Positions 49,633 through 59,584 are shown, numbered from the stretch's first letter. The stretch is DNA of 64,000 bases from Dehalococcoidia bacterium (GCA_965262725.1 OZ253555.1:2720001-2784000); one strand, 5' to 3'. Translations and numbers: made by a program. The notes: generated by a model not told the origin, from the sequence alone.

Positions 49633-50136
49633 ATGGGCCACACGCGGGAGGAGCGATGGCTCGCTAAGAGCCTGCTCGGCGCGGGTCATCGGGTCACTGG
49701 CCCCCGGCAGCAGTTGCTCGCCGCCGTGGCGGGACTCGGCGACCAGTTCACCGCGGAAGAGCTCGCCGCCGCCGCGCCCGGCGTCGGCCGGGCAACCGTC
49801 TTCCGCACGCTCCGCCTGTTGCTGGATCTCGGTGTGGTTTGCCAGGTCGTGCTCGACGACGGCGCGGTGCACTACCGGCTGACAAGCGGCGGACATCACC
49901 ACCACATCTCCTGCTCCGAATGCGGCGCCGTGATCGACTTCGCCTCCTGCGACATCGATGACCTGCTCGGTGAGCTCTCGCGGCGCACCGGCTATGCGAT
50001 CGAGGCGCACCGCCTGGAGGTCTACGGGCGTTGCGCGGCGTGCCGCGACCGGTCGGGGGAGGAGAAGCGCGCCGCCCCTGCGTCCGCTGAGGCGCCCGGT
50101 ACTTCCGCGTACGCGGTGGCTGCTCCACGCTCGTAG
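49633..50136 (+). CDS. Fur family transcriptional regulator
   Basis: 'GRATVFRTL', 'HHHHISCSECG', 'YGRCAAC'; TTGACA at 49554-49559. Confidence 0.92.
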   Translation: MGHTREERWLAKSLLGAGHRVTGPRQQLLAAVAGLGDQFTAEELAAAAPGVGRATVFRTLRLLLDLGVVCQVVLDDGAVHYRLTSGGHHHHISCSECGAVIDFASCDIDDLLGELSRRTGYAIEAHRLEVYGRCAACRDRSGEEKRAAPASAEAPGTSAYAVAAPRS

Positions 50137-50220
50137 GGTGATGCTGGCGCCTCCGGCGGCCCGCTCATCGGGGTCGGAGGCCGGGCACACCCAGCCGCCG
50201 CCCCGGGACGGAGCGAGCGC

Positions 50221-51717
50221 ATGACCGACGATGCAGACGCCGCGCCGACCGCCGAGCGCCCCGCTGCCGCCTCGACGGGCGATCGCTCCAAGGTCGATCG
50301 CAAGGCTCGTCTCCGTATCCCGGCGCAGTTCCCCGAGAAGCAGTCGGCCGGCGAGCGCGTGGGAAACTGGGATGAGGTCTACGCCCTCTTCGACCCCGAC
50401 TTCGCCGTCAGGGAGGCGGAACGGTGCATCCAGTGCCCCGCCGCGCCCTGCCAGAAGGCGTGCCCCGTCGGAAACGACATCCCGGGGGCGCTCTGGCTGC
50501 TGGAGCAGGGGGACATCGACGGCGCCGCCAACATCTTCCGGGAGACCAGCGAGCTCCCCGAGATGTGCGGGCGGCTCTGCCCGCAGGAGCGGCTTTGCGA
50601 GGGGCACTGCGTCGTCGGCAAGAAGGCGGCGCCCGTCGCGATCGGGAAGCTTGAGACCTTTGCCACCGAGCGCCAGCGCACGCACGGCACGCCGCCGACT
50701 CCGGAACGGGCGCCCGTCAACGGGCTGAGCGTCGCCGTCGTGGGGACGGGGCCCGCCGGGATCGCCTGTGCCGAACGGCTGGCGCGGCGTGGCTACCGCG
50801 TCGTCATGTTCGACGCCTGGCCGGAGCCCGGCGGGATCCTGCTCTACGGCATCCCCAACTTCAAGCAGAACAAGCCCGCCGTCGAGCGCAAGTTCCGCGA
50901 GCTTGAGGAGCTGGGCATCGAGGTGATCACCGGCACGCACATCGGACGCGACATCCCCTTCGAGCGGCTGGCGAGCGACTTCGATGCGGTCTTCCTCGCG
51001 ACAGGAGCACCGCTCGGTGCGCCCCTCGGGGTCCCGAACGAGGAGGCCCCGGGCGTATTCGAGGCGACCGAGTTCCTCGTACGGGCGAACCTGCCAGCGG
51101 AGCAGCTGCCCGGGGCGCTGCGCGAGCCCCTGCCCCCCGTCCGGCACGCGATCGTGGTCGGGGGCGGCGACACCTCAATGGACTGCGTGCGCTCCGCCGT
51201 ACGCCTCGGCGCCGAGCGCGTGACGCTGGTCTACCGCCGCACGGAGGCGGAGATGCAGGGACGCGCGGAGGAGAGGCAGCACGCGAACGAGGAGGGTGTC
51301 ATGACGCGCTACCTCACCAGACCTCTCGCCGTGCTCACCGACGAGAGCGGGCACGCCAGCGGCCTGCGCTGCCAGCGGATGACGCTCGGCGAGCCCGACG
51401 ACACCGGCCGCGCGCGCCCGGAGCCGGTCACGGGCTCGGAGTTCGACCTCGAGGCCGACGCAATCGTGATCGCGATCGGCTACAACGTCGACCCGGTCTG
51501 GGGCGAAGAGGCCGAGCGAGTCGACCGCGACCGCTGGGATCGCTTCGTCGTCGACCCGGAGACGATGCGCACCAGCCGCCCCGGCATCTTCGCCGGCGGC
51601 GACAACGTGAACGGCGCCGACCTCGTGGTCACGGCCCTCGGCCACGGCCACCTGGCGGCCGACGGTATCCACGACTACCTGACCGGGACGGGCGGGCGGC
51701 GCTCACCGACCGACTGA
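50221..51717 (+). CDS. GltD/SudA-like NAD(P)-dependent Fe-S flavoprotein
   Basis: 'EAERCIQC...CQKACPV', 'CGRLCPQERLCEGHC', 'GTGPAG', 'GGGDTSMD', 'YRR', 'FAGGD'. Confidence 0.9.
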   Translation: MTDDADAAPTAERPAAASTGDRSKVDRKARLRIPAQFPEKQSAGERVGNWDEVYALFDPDFAVREAERCIQCPAAPCQKACPVGNDIPGALWLLEQGDIDGAANIFRETSELPEMCGRLCPQERLCEGHCVVGKKAAPVAIGKLETFATERQRTHGTPPTPERAPVNGLSVAVVGTGPAGIACAERLARRGYRVVMFDAWPEPGGILLYGIPNFKQNKPAVERKFRELEELGIEVITGTHIGRDIPFERLASDFDAVFLATGAPLGAPLGVPNEEAPGVFEATEFLVRANLPAEQLPGALREPLPPVRHAIVVGGGDTSMDCVRSAVRLGAERVTLVYRRTEAEMQGRAEERQHANEEGVMTRYLTRPLAVLTDESGHASGLRCQRMTLGEPDDTGRARPEPVTGSEFDLEADAIVIAIGYNVDPVWGEEAERVDRDRWDRFVVDPETMRTSRPGIFAGGDNVNGADLVVTALGHGHLAADGIHDYLTGTGGRRSPTD

Positions 51718-51750
51718 GCCGCGTGCAGCCGCCCGGGGGGAGATGACCCC

Positions 51751-52173
51751 GTGTCCGAGAAGCGTGACTTTTTCGCCCTCGAGCGCGGAGACGTGCTCGG
51801 TCCCTACGAGGCCCGGATCGACCACGCCGATGCCCGCACCTATCTCGATGCGACGGCCGCCGCCGAGACGGCGGGCTCGCCGGAGAGCTGGCTCCCCCCG
51901 CTTCAGCTCGGTGCGCTGCTCGTGGGGACGCTGATCGACGCCATCGAGATTCCGCCGGGGCTGCTCCACACCGGACAGACCTTCGAGTTCCTGCGTCCCG
52001 TCCCGCCGGGAACGGTACTCACGGCCGAGCTCACGGTCGCGCAGATCGCCGAGCGGCGCGGCCTTCGGCTCGGCGCCGTCGACCTCGAGCTTCGCGACGC
52101 CGACGGCCCCTGCGCGGTCGGGCGCGCGAGCGTGCTTGCGCCGCTTCCGGCCGCGGGCGGCGAAGCATCATGA
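51751..52173 (+). CDS. Hotdog-fold (MaoC N-type) protein
   Basis: 'PPGLLHTGQTFEFLRPVPPG'; overlaps the next gene by 4 nt. Confidence 0.75.
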   Translation: MSEKRDFFALERGDVLGPYEARIDHADARTYLDATAAAETAGSPESWLPPLQLGALLVGTLIDAIEIPPGLLHTGQTFEFLRPVPPGTVLTAELTVAQIAERRGLRLGAVDLELRDADGPCAVGRASVLAPLPAAGGEAS

Positions 52174-52571
52174 ACGTCGAGACTTCCGACGGGACACCGC
52201 CGGTCGCGACGGTGACGCAGCGGATCGACCAGACTCTGGTCGACCGCTATGCAGCCGCCGCGAGTGACCCGAACCCGATCCATCGCGACACCGTCGAGGC
52301 GCGGGAGGGGCCCTACGGCCGCCCGATCGCGCACGGGATGCTCGTGCTCGCGCTGGTGTCGCAGATGATGACGGAGGCCTTCGGCGAACGGTGGGCCGCC
52401 ACCGGCGCGCTGTCCGTGCGGTGGCGCGCTCCCGCGATCCCGCCCGTCGACGTGACCGCGACGGCGACGCCGGCCGCCCACGGAGACGGGCGGCTCCGCT
52501 ACGCCGTGCGCTGCACGACCGCGGACGGCGACCTGCTCCTCGACGGCAGCGCCTCGCTCCGGCTCGCGTGA
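52170..52571 (+). CDS. MaoC family dehydratase
   Basis: Intact hydratase motif 'ASDPNPIH' and 'PIAHGM'. Confidence 0.88.
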   Translation: MNVETSDGTPPVATVTQRIDQTLVDRYAAAASDPNPIHRDTVEAREGPYGRPIAHGMLVLALVSQMMTEAFGERWAATGALSVRWRAPAIPPVDVTATATPAAHGDGRLRYAVRCTTADGDLLLDGSASLRLA

Positions 52572-53101
52572 GCGCCGCCGGCCGCGGCGGCGAGGCGGAG
52601 GGCCCCGCGGCCGGCGCTCCCGCGCCCGTCGATCCGCGGCTTCGCGAGAATTCCTGCTTCGGCTGCGGCGATCACAACCCGATCGGCCTGCACCTCCGTT
52701 TCGAGCGCAGCGGGGAGGGAGTGGAGGCGCGCTACCGACCGCGAGCGGACGACCAGGGCTTTCCCGGATTCGTCCACGGCGGCCTGCTCGGGCTGCTCCT
52801 CGACGAGGCGATGGCCTGGGCGATGTATGCCGACGACGTCTACGCCGTGACGGCGCGCATGGAGACGCGCTTCCGCCGTCCCGCCTCCCTCACGGGAGAG
52901 CTCGTTGTGAGCGCGCGCATCCTCCGCAGCCGGGGCCGGCGCATCGAAGTCGAGGGAGAGCTCCGCCAAGAGCCCGGGGACGGCGCGGAGCACGCCGGGA
53001 AGACCGCGCTGATCGCCCAGTCGGCGGGGCTTTTCGTGCGCATGTCGGAGGCGGAGGTGCCGCCCGCCCTGGCTCAGCTCCGCTCGCGGCTCGGGGACTG
53101 A
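52568..53101 (+). CDS. PaaI family thioesterase
   Basis: 'CFGCGDHNPIGL', 'GFVHGGLLGLLLDEAM'. Confidence 0.9.
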   Translation: MSAAGRGGEAEGPAAGAPAPVDPRLRENSCFGCGDHNPIGLHLRFERSGEGVEARYRPRADDQGFPGFVHGGLLGLLLDEAMAWAMYADDVYAVTARMETRFRRPASLTGELVVSARILRSRGRRIEVEGELRQEPGDGAEHAGKTALIAQSAGLFVRMSEAEVPPALAQLRSRLGD

Positions 53102-53149
53102 CCGTAGCGGTCGGGCCGCGGCGCGCGGGGCGGGGCCGGGCGTTCGCGC

Positions 53150-54502
53150 TCAGCCAACCCGGCCGGCGCCCGCCGCACGGCGCGGATGCATCGTCTCGCG
53201 GGCGAAAAGCAGGAAGAGAACGGTCGCGAGCGCCACGAGAGCGGCGTTCGCGCCGAGCGCCCACCCGAAGGAGCTAGCGTCGGCGATCACGCCGAGCAGC
53301 GGCGGTCCGACCACGAAACCCACATCGCCGGCCGAGCGGTAGAGGCTCATCGATAGCCCCCGCGCGCCGGGCGGCGCGATGTCGGCGACGTAAGCCGCCG
53401 GCGCTGGCCCCGCCACCGCCGAGGCGACGGAGAGCACGAGCGCTCCGATGAGGAAGAGCGTGATGTTGGTGGCGCCCGCGAAAACGAGCAGCCCGGCCAC
53501 CGTCGCGATCCCGCTCGGTACGATGACCGCGCGGCGCCCGAAGCGGTCGGCCGCGATCGCCGCTGGTGCGATGAGCACGAGATTCACCAGCGACATGCCG
53601 GTGAAGGCCAGGCCCAGGAACCCCGGCGAGAGTCCGAGGCGCGAGTCGCCGAGGAGCGGCACGATGGTCTGCCGACCGCCGGCGCGCGTGAAGAAGATCA
53701 TCGTCGTCACGAAGGCCACGGTGAGGAAGTTCCCCGATACGAGCATCGCGAGCCACGGACGGCGCCCGCCGGCGGCGCCTGCGGTCGCAGGCGCCGGGGC
53801 GTGCTTCCCGATCCCGGTGATCCCGGACGGCGCCGGGGGCGCGGGATCCGGCGCGGGTGGAGCCGGCGCCTGGGATCGGGAGCCGACGGTCTCGGGGAGC
53901 CGCCAGTAGGCGTAGACCGCGGCGACGATGGCGGACAACCCGACCACGAAGAACGGGAGACGGAAGCCGTAGAGCTCGGCGAGGAGCCCGCCGACCGCCG
54001 GACCAATGGACACGCCGAGCAGAAGGGCGCCCTGGTTCGTCGCGATGAAGCGAGCACGGTTCTGGTCGGTCGAGATGTCGGCGAGGTAGGTGAGCGACGC
54101 CACCATGTACATCGCGGAGCCGGCGCCCGCGACCGCGCGCGCCGCCAGGAGCTGCTCGATATCCTGCGCGAGGCCCGTGCCCACCATCCCGGCCGCCGTC
54201 ACGAGAGGCCCCCAGACCAGCAGCGCCCGGCGGCCGTGACGGTCGGAGAGCACGCCCAGCGGCACGTTCAGCACGAGCCGGGCCAGCGCGAAGAGCGAGA
54301 GCGTGAGTCCGACGACGCCGGTCGAGACGTCGAACTCTCGCTGGAACAGCGGAAGCACCGGCGCGATCACACCTTGCCCCGCGGTCACGAGCACGGTGGA
54401 GATGCTGATCATGAGGAGGTGTTCGTGTCCGAGGAGACTGCCCCACCAGTCGCCGGCCCGCGAGACGAGACGCCGCGGGCGGCGTCCGCCGCCCGCTCTC
54501 AC
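53150..54502 (-). CDS. MFS transporter
   Basis: 'GVLSDRHGRR', 'ADRFGRR'; 12 TM segments; GTG overlaps the ald stop. Confidence 0.88.
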   Translation of the reverse strand: MRAGGGRRPRRLVSRAGDWWGSLLGHEHLLMISISTVLVTAGQGVIAPVLPLFQREFDVSTGVVGLTLSLFALARLVLNVPLGVLSDRHGRRALLVWGPLVTAAGMVGTGLAQDIEQLLAARAVAGAGSAMYMVASLTYLADISTDQNRARFIATNQGALLLGVSIGPAVGGLLAELYGFRLPFFVVGLSAIVAAVYAYWRLPETVGSRSQAPAPPAPDPAPPAPSGITGIGKHAPAPATAGAAGGRRPWLAMLVSGNFLTVAFVTTMIFFTRAGGRQTIVPLLGDSRLGLSPGFLGLAFTGMSLVNLVLIAPAAIAADRFGRRAVIVPSGIATVAGLLVFAGATNITLFLIGALVLSVASAVAGPAPAAYVADIAPPGARGLSMSLYRSAGDVGFVVGPPLLGVIADASSFGWALGANAALVALATVLFLLFARETMHPRRAAGAGRVG

Positions 54503-55623
54503 GCCGGCAGGCCGAGCAGCCGTTCGACGGGCGTCCAGTCCCGTCCCAGCGAGGCGGCCACGTCGGGATGGGTGAGGTGGCCCCGCCAGACGTTCACCCC
54601 GCGCCTCAGCGCCGCGTCCCTCGCAACCGCCGTCTCCAGCCCCTCGTTGGCGACACGCAGGATGTACGGGAGAGTGAGGGCGGTGAGCGCGCGCGAGGAG
54701 GTGCGCGGGACGGCTCCGGGCATGTTGGGCACCGCATAGTGCAGCACGCCCTCCTCGAGATAGATGGGATCTAGGTGGTTGGTGGGGCGCGTGGTCTCGA
54801 CGCAACCGCCCTGGTCGACGGCCACGTCGACGACGACCGCACCACTCCCCATCGAGCGCACCATTTCGCGACTGACCACCACGGGTGCGCGCCGGCCGGG
54901 AACGAGGACCGCGCCGACGAGCAGGTCGGCGCCGGCGATGGCGTTGGCGAGGGACTGCGGCGTCGAGATCAGCGTCTCGACGCGCCCGGCGTAGAGTTCC
55001 TCGATCGCCCGCAGCTGCTCCTCGCGGATCGACGCGACCGTGACGCGCGCGCCGGTGCCGACGGCGGCGCGGACCGCGTTCTTGCCGACGTTGCCCGAGC
55101 CCACGATAACGACGTGGGCCGGAGGAACCCCGGGAAGACCCCCGAGCAGCATCCCGCGGCCCGGTCCCGGCCGCTTGAGCAGCGCGGCGCCGATCTCGAC
55201 GGCCATCCGGCCGGCAATCTCGGACATCGGGGCGAGCAGCGGGAGGAAGCCGTCGTCGAGCTTGACGGTCTCGTAGCCGATGGCGACGCATCTCGACGCG
55301 ATGAGCGCGTCGACCACCAGGGGCTCCGCGGCCAGGTGCAGGTAGGTGACGAGCACCTGGCCGTCACGGAGCAGTTCGTACTCGGAGGGCTGGGGCTCCT
55401 TCACCTCGCACATCAACTCGGCGCGCGCGTAGACCTCCTCCGGCGTTGCGACGAGCACCGCTCCGGCCACCTGGTACTCGTGGTCGGAGTAGTGCGAGCC
55501 CTCGCCGGCGGCCCTCTCGATCAGCACTGTGTGGCCCGATCGAACGATTTCGGCGGCGCCCTCGGGCGTGAGCGCCACTCGGTACTCCTCGGTCTTCGTC
55601 TCGCGGACGGTACCGACGATCAC
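54499..55623 (-). CDS. ald: Alanine dehydrogenase
   Basis: 'EYRVALTP', 'VKEP', 'YLHLAA', 'LLAPMSEIAG', 'DVAVDQGGC', 'VPNMPGAVPRTS'; minus-strand TATACT at 55679-55674. Confidence 0.96.
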   Translation of the reverse strand: MIVGTVRETKTEEYRVALTPEGAAEIVRSGHTVLIERAAGEGSHYSDHEYQVAGAVLVATPEEVYARAELMCEVKEPQPSEYELLRDGQVLVTYLHLAAEPLVVDALIASRCVAIGYETVKLDDGFLPLLAPMSEIAGRMAVEIGAALLKRPGPGRGMLLGGLPGVPPAHVVIVGSGNVGKNAVRAAVGTGARVTVASIREEQLRAIEELYAGRVETLISTPQSLANAIAGADLLVGAVLVPGRRAPVVVSREMVRSMGSGAVVVDVAVDQGGCVETTRPTNHLDPIYLEEGVLHYAVPNMPGAVPRTSSRALTALTLPYILRVANEGLETAVARDAALRRGVNVWRGHLTHPDVAASLGRDWTPVERLLGLPA

Positions 55624-55746
55624 CTGAAGACCTCCGGACGGACGCGGGCGCGGATCGGGCTCCTAGAGGCACGAGTATACGGGCGCCAGGCGGTCCCACA
55701 GTCCGGCGGGCGGGCCCCGCGCTCCCGACGGCGAGGTGCGGTCCGG

Positions 55747-56385
55747 CTACGCAGGGGGCGCGGTCTCCGCCGCGCGCCACATGTACCAGCTGCCCACGGA
55801 ACGGTAGGGCGACCACGGCGCCCCGATCTCGCCGGCACGGGCGGGCGAGGGCGCCGCCTCGAGACCGTAGGCGACGCGCATCCCCGCGCGCACGCCAAGA
55901 TCCCCGACGGGGAGCACGTCCGGCCGGCCGAGGTGGAACATCAGGAACATGTGCGCGGTCCACTCGCCGACGCCGCGCACGGCGGTGAGGTGGGTCACGA
56001 CCTCCTCGTCGGCGAGAGCGTCGAGGCGATCCCAGGAGAGCCGGCCCTCCCGAACGCGCTCCGCGAGGTCGCGCAGGTACGAGGCCTTCTGGCGCGAGAC
56101 GCCGACGCGGCGGAACTCCTCGTCCCGCGTCGCCAGGATCTCCTCCGGCGTCGGCGTGGCGTCGGGGTCGGGGTCGGCGTAGAGAGCGCGCCAACGGCGC
56201 TCTATCGCGGCCGCCGCGGCGCCGGCCAGTTGCTGGTAGAGGATCATGCGGACGAGCGCTGAGTAGGGGTCGTCGCTGGGCCGGGGCCGGAACGGGCCGT
56301 GGCACACGATCAGCCGCCCGACCACCGGGTCGGCGGCGCGCAGGTGAGCGTAGGCGCGCCGCGCCGAGAACCGAAGCCGCGACAT
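55747..56385 (-). CDS. DNA-3-methyladenine glycosylase (AlkA/HhH-GPD family)
   Basis: 'ILYQQL', HhH 'VRGVGEWTA', 'DVLPVGDLG', 'WSPYRS'. Confidence 0.92.
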   Translation of the reverse strand: MSRLRFSARRAYAHLRAADPVVGRLIVCHGPFRPRPSDDPYSALVRMILYQQLAGAAAAAIERRWRALYADPDPDATPTPEEILATRDEEFRRVGVSRQKASYLRDLAERVREGRLSWDRLDALADEEVVTHLTAVRGVGEWTAHMFLMFHLGRPDVLPVGDLGVRAGMRVAYGLEAAPSPARAGEIGAPWSPYRSVGSWYMWRAAETAPPA

Positions 56386-56398
56386 GCCGGCGAACGCC

Positions 56399-56938
56399 CT
56401 AGAAGCTCGGCGCGTCGCGGCCGAGCAACCGCCTGACGACCGCCACCTCCCCGAGATGCTGGCTCCCGTGCACGATGATCGTCTGCCCGATCGCCTCCAG
56501 CCTGGGAACCTCGCCCCACGGCACGACCCGAGCCACCCCGATAAGGTGATCGTCGCTCATCGCCTCGATGCGGAGGGTCACCTCCTCGCGCACCGCCCGG
56601 CCATAGTCGGCGAGCGCGGCGCCGCCGGGAAAGCGTACGGCCGCCGCCGCCGCCTCATCCATGCCGGTGCCCTGCTCGACCCGCGGCAGTCCCCACGCCT
56701 CGTGCAGCCCCTGACGCATCCACACCGTGCGCTCCCGCTCGAAGGCGAAGAGCACGACGTTGTCCGCACTCCTCAGGACGTGCCACGCGATGAAACCGAT
56801 CGTGTTCGGGGCTCCGGGCGGGAGCGCGTGGAGTTCCTCGTCCGAGAGGTCGGAGACAGAGGCGATGAGCTCGTCCAGGACGCGGCCCACGAAGTGGGAG
56901 GCGAACCGCTGCATCGTATACGACCCGGCGTCGGACAT
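56399..56938 (-). CDS. DinB family protein
   Basis: 'NTIGFIAWH.LR..D' and 'H...H.GE' His triad. Confidence 0.85.
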   Translation of the reverse strand: MSDAGSYTMQRFASHFVGRVLDELIASVSDLSDEELHALPPGAPNTIGFIAWHVLRSADNVVLFAFERERTVWMRQGLHEAWGLPRVEQGTGMDEAAAAAVRFPGGAALADYGRAVREEVTLRIEAMSDDHLIGVARVVPWGEVPRLEAIGQTIIVHGSQHLGEVAVVRRLLGRDAPSF

Positions 56939-56959
56939 GCCCTCCCCCGTCCTTCCCCG

Positions 56960-57502
56960 CTACGGCGCCTCGCCCGGCATCGCTTGGTCAAGCAGCGCGC
57001 GCGTCACGTTGAGCTCCCCCTGGTGCCGGATTGTATGCAGCACCACGAAGATGTGCAGCGCGTCGGCGGCGGCGAACTCGCGGCCGCTGAAGGCGGTCAC
57101 GCGGCGCGCCAGGCCATCCTCGTCCAGAGCACCCGCGGCCACCGTGAGTTCTTCGCGCAGCTCGCCCCCGTAGAGCGCGAGTGCCTCCGCCGAGGGAAGG
57201 CGCAGCGCCTGGGCTTCGGCCGTGGGCTGGCCACTCCCGTTGCCCTTCGCGGGAAGGCCCCAGGCCTCCGCGTACCCGCGCCGCGACCACAGCTCGCACC
57301 CGCTGCTGATGCGTGCCCCGATCACGTCGGCAGTGCGAAAGACATGCCAGGCGATCCACCCGACGGTGTTCGCGCGCGGGTGGACGACCGCGTGGAACTC
57401 GTCGGCGCCCAGGCCGTCGATCGCGGCCAACGTCTCCGCGAGCGCGTCCCGCACGGCCCGTGTGAGCAGTGCCGTCACACCGGTGCCAATCTCCGTCGTC
57501 AT
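56960..57502 (-). CDS. DinB family protein
   Basis: 'NTVGWIAWH.FR..D' and 'HTIRHQGE'. Confidence 0.85.
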   Translation of the reverse strand: MTTEIGTGVTALLTRAVRDALAETLAAIDGLGADEFHAVVHPRANTVGWIAWHVFRTADVIGARISSGCELWSRRGYAEAWGLPAKGNGSGQPTAEAQALRLPSAEALALYGGELREELTVAAGALDEDGLARRVTAFSGREFAAADALHIFVVLHTIRHQGELNVTRALLDQAMPGEAP

Positions 57503-57582
57503 CGTCCCCGCATCCCCGGGCCCGGCCCGCTCCCACTGCCGGCGCCGGGCGCAGTCTCGGCGATCCGCGAGCGCGGCGCCAG

Positions 57583-59460
57583 TTAGATGCGAGCGGCCGC
57601 CGTCTCGCGCACGAGTTCCGCAGCGATCTCGTAGCGGCCGAAGGAGGGCATGACGTAGATCCCCGACAGCCAGGGCACGGAGCGCAGCTCCTCGATGTGC
57701 TCCCGCGCGACAGCGAGTCCGGCGTCGGCACCGGCCTCCCCCGCATCGCGCATCCGCCGGAGCACGGCGGCGGGAACGTCGACGCCGGCCAGCTCGTTGT
57801 GGATGAACTCCGCGTGACGGGACGACATGAGCGGCAGCACGCCCGCGAGCACGGGCACCTCATCGATCTGCAGCCGCTCGAAGAAGCGAAGGAGCGTGTC
57901 GATCTCGTAGACGGGCTGCGTCATCAGCATGTGCGCGCCCGCCTCGACCTTTGCCCGCACCCGGCTCAGCTCGCGGTCGATGTCCTCGGCGGTCGGGTTC
58001 GCCGCGCCGGCCACGAGGAAGTCCGTCGGCCGCCCGATCGAGTTCCCCACGAAGTCGATCCCCTCGTTCAGCCGCCTGAGGACGCGGATGAACTCGACGG
58101 AATCGACGTCCCACACGCGCGAGGATCGCGACGCCTCGGGCGGCGGATCACCGGTCAGCGCCAGTACCGTGCGGATGCCCAGCGCGTGGGCGCCCAGCAT
58201 GTCCGACTGCAGCGCCATCAGGTTCCGGTCGCGCGTGGTCTGGTGGACGATCGTCTCGACCCCGACCTCGCGCTCGATCTGCACGGCGAGAGAGAGCGCG
58301 CTCATGCGCACCCGGGCCATCGGCGAGTCGCCGATGTTGATGGCGTCGGCACCCGCTGCGGCGAGCGTCGCCGCCCCCTCTATGGCTTTGCGCGGGTTGA
58401 TGCCGCGGGGCGGATCGATCTCCACAGCGACCACGAAGCGCCTCCGCGCGAGGGCGTCCCTGAGCGAGCCGCGCCCGACCGAGCCAGGCTCGGCATGAGG
58501 CTCGTCGAGCGCGGGAGGATCGAGCTGGGGAGTCCCGGCGAAGCGCGCGCGGGCACGCCTCTCGAAGCCCCCGGCGGCCGCGTCGAGCGCCTCGCGCATC
58601 GCGCGGATGTGCTCCTCCGTGGTCCCGCAGCACCCCCCGACGACCGCCGCGCCGAGGTCGCGCGCCCGCAGCGCGAAGTCTGCGAAGTACTCGGGCCGCG
58701 CGGGGTAGATCGCCCGCCCGTCGGCGACGCGCGGGAGGCCGGCGTTGGGCTTCACTGCGAGGCGCGCGCGCGGCTGCGTCCCCGCCATCGCCTGGAGCAT
58801 GTCGAGCGCCGCCTGCGGGCCGACGCCGCAGTTCACGCCGATCACGTCGGATCCGGCCGCATCGAGCCGGCGGGCGATCTCGGGCGCGCCCTCGCCGGCC
58901 GGTGAGAACGCGTCGACGTTGAAGTCGAGGGTCACGATCGCCGGATGGTCGGCGGTGACGCGGCGCGCGGCGCGGAGCGCCGCCTCCGCCTCGCGGAGGT
59001 TCGGCATCGATTCGAGCACCAGCACGTCGACGCCGCCCTCGACGAGTGCGCTCACCTGCTCCTCGAATGCGCGCTCGGCGTCCTCCAGGGTCCAGGCACC
59101 GACCAGCAGGTCGAGTCCGATGGGGCCGACCGAGCCCCCGACGAAGACGTCGGCGCCCGCGATCTCCCGCGCATCCCGTGCGATCCGCGCCGCCGCGACA
59201 TTGGCGTCGCGCACGAGCCCGCCGAGCCCGTCGAACTCCAGCTGCGAGCGGCTCGCCGCGAAGGTGTTGGTGAGGATCAGTCGCGCCCCGGCCGCGATGT
59301 AGGACTCGTGGAGCGCCCGCGGGAGCTCCGGCCGCTCCAGCACGACCGTGTCGTTCCGCCCGCGCCACCCAAGCGCCCGCAGGGCAGTGCCGGTCGCGCC
59401 GTCGGCGAGCACCACGCCCTCGTCCAGAGCGTGGAGGAAGGGATGGGTGCGGGCGCTCAT
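57583..59460 (-). CDS. yitJ: Bifunctional homocysteine S-methyltransferase / methylenetetrahydrofolate reductase
   Basis: 'DGATGT', 'TNTF', 'GVNC', 'PNAGLP', 'GGCCGT'; MTHFR half 'EIDPP', 'RDRNL', 'LTGDP', 'TQPVY'. Confidence 0.92.
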   Translation of the reverse strand: MSARTHPFLHALDEGVVLADGATGTALRALGWRGRNDTVVLERPELPRALHESYIAAGARLILTNTFAASRSQLEFDGLGGLVRDANVAAARIARDAREIAGADVFVGGSVGPIGLDLLVGAWTLEDAERAFEEQVSALVEGGVDVLVLESMPNLREAEAALRAARRVTADHPAIVTLDFNVDAFSPAGEGAPEIARRLDAAGSDVIGVNCGVGPQAALDMLQAMAGTQPRARLAVKPNAGLPRVADGRAIYPARPEYFADFALRARDLGAAVVGGCCGTTEEHIRAMREALDAAAGGFERRARARFAGTPQLDPPALDEPHAEPGSVGRGSLRDALARRRFVVAVEIDPPRGINPRKAIEGAATLAAAGADAINIGDSPMARVRMSALSLAVQIEREVGVETIVHQTTRDRNLMALQSDMLGAHALGIRTVLALTGDPPPEASRSSRVWDVDSVEFIRVLRRLNEGIDFVGNSIGRPTDFLVAGAANPTAEDIDRELSRVRAKVEAGAHMLMTQPVYEIDTLLRFFERLQIDEVPVLAGVLPLMSSRHAEFIHNELAGVDVPAAVLRRMRDAGEAGADAGLAVAREHIEELRSVPWLSGIYVMPSFGRYEIAAELVRETAAARI

Positions 59461-59486
59461 TTGTGCAGTGTCGCAGCCGGGGGTCC

Positions 59487-59584
59487 AGCGATCATTACCT
59501 GGCAGAGGGAGAAGGAGACGTCGGCCCTCCCGCGTCCGTCCAGCCACGGGACGGGACGCCTCCCCTGCTCAAGGCGGATCCGCC
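59487..59584 (-). other. Long imperfect hairpin; candidate structured RNA
   Basis: Nested complementary segments; a G-U pair forms on the minus strand only. Confidence 0.35.

Noticed and set aside
48322-51147. 941-aa minus-strand ORF
   Set aside because: Only the last ~400 aa (AI-2E transporter) are real; the rest is the antisense shadow of fur and the GltD-like gene
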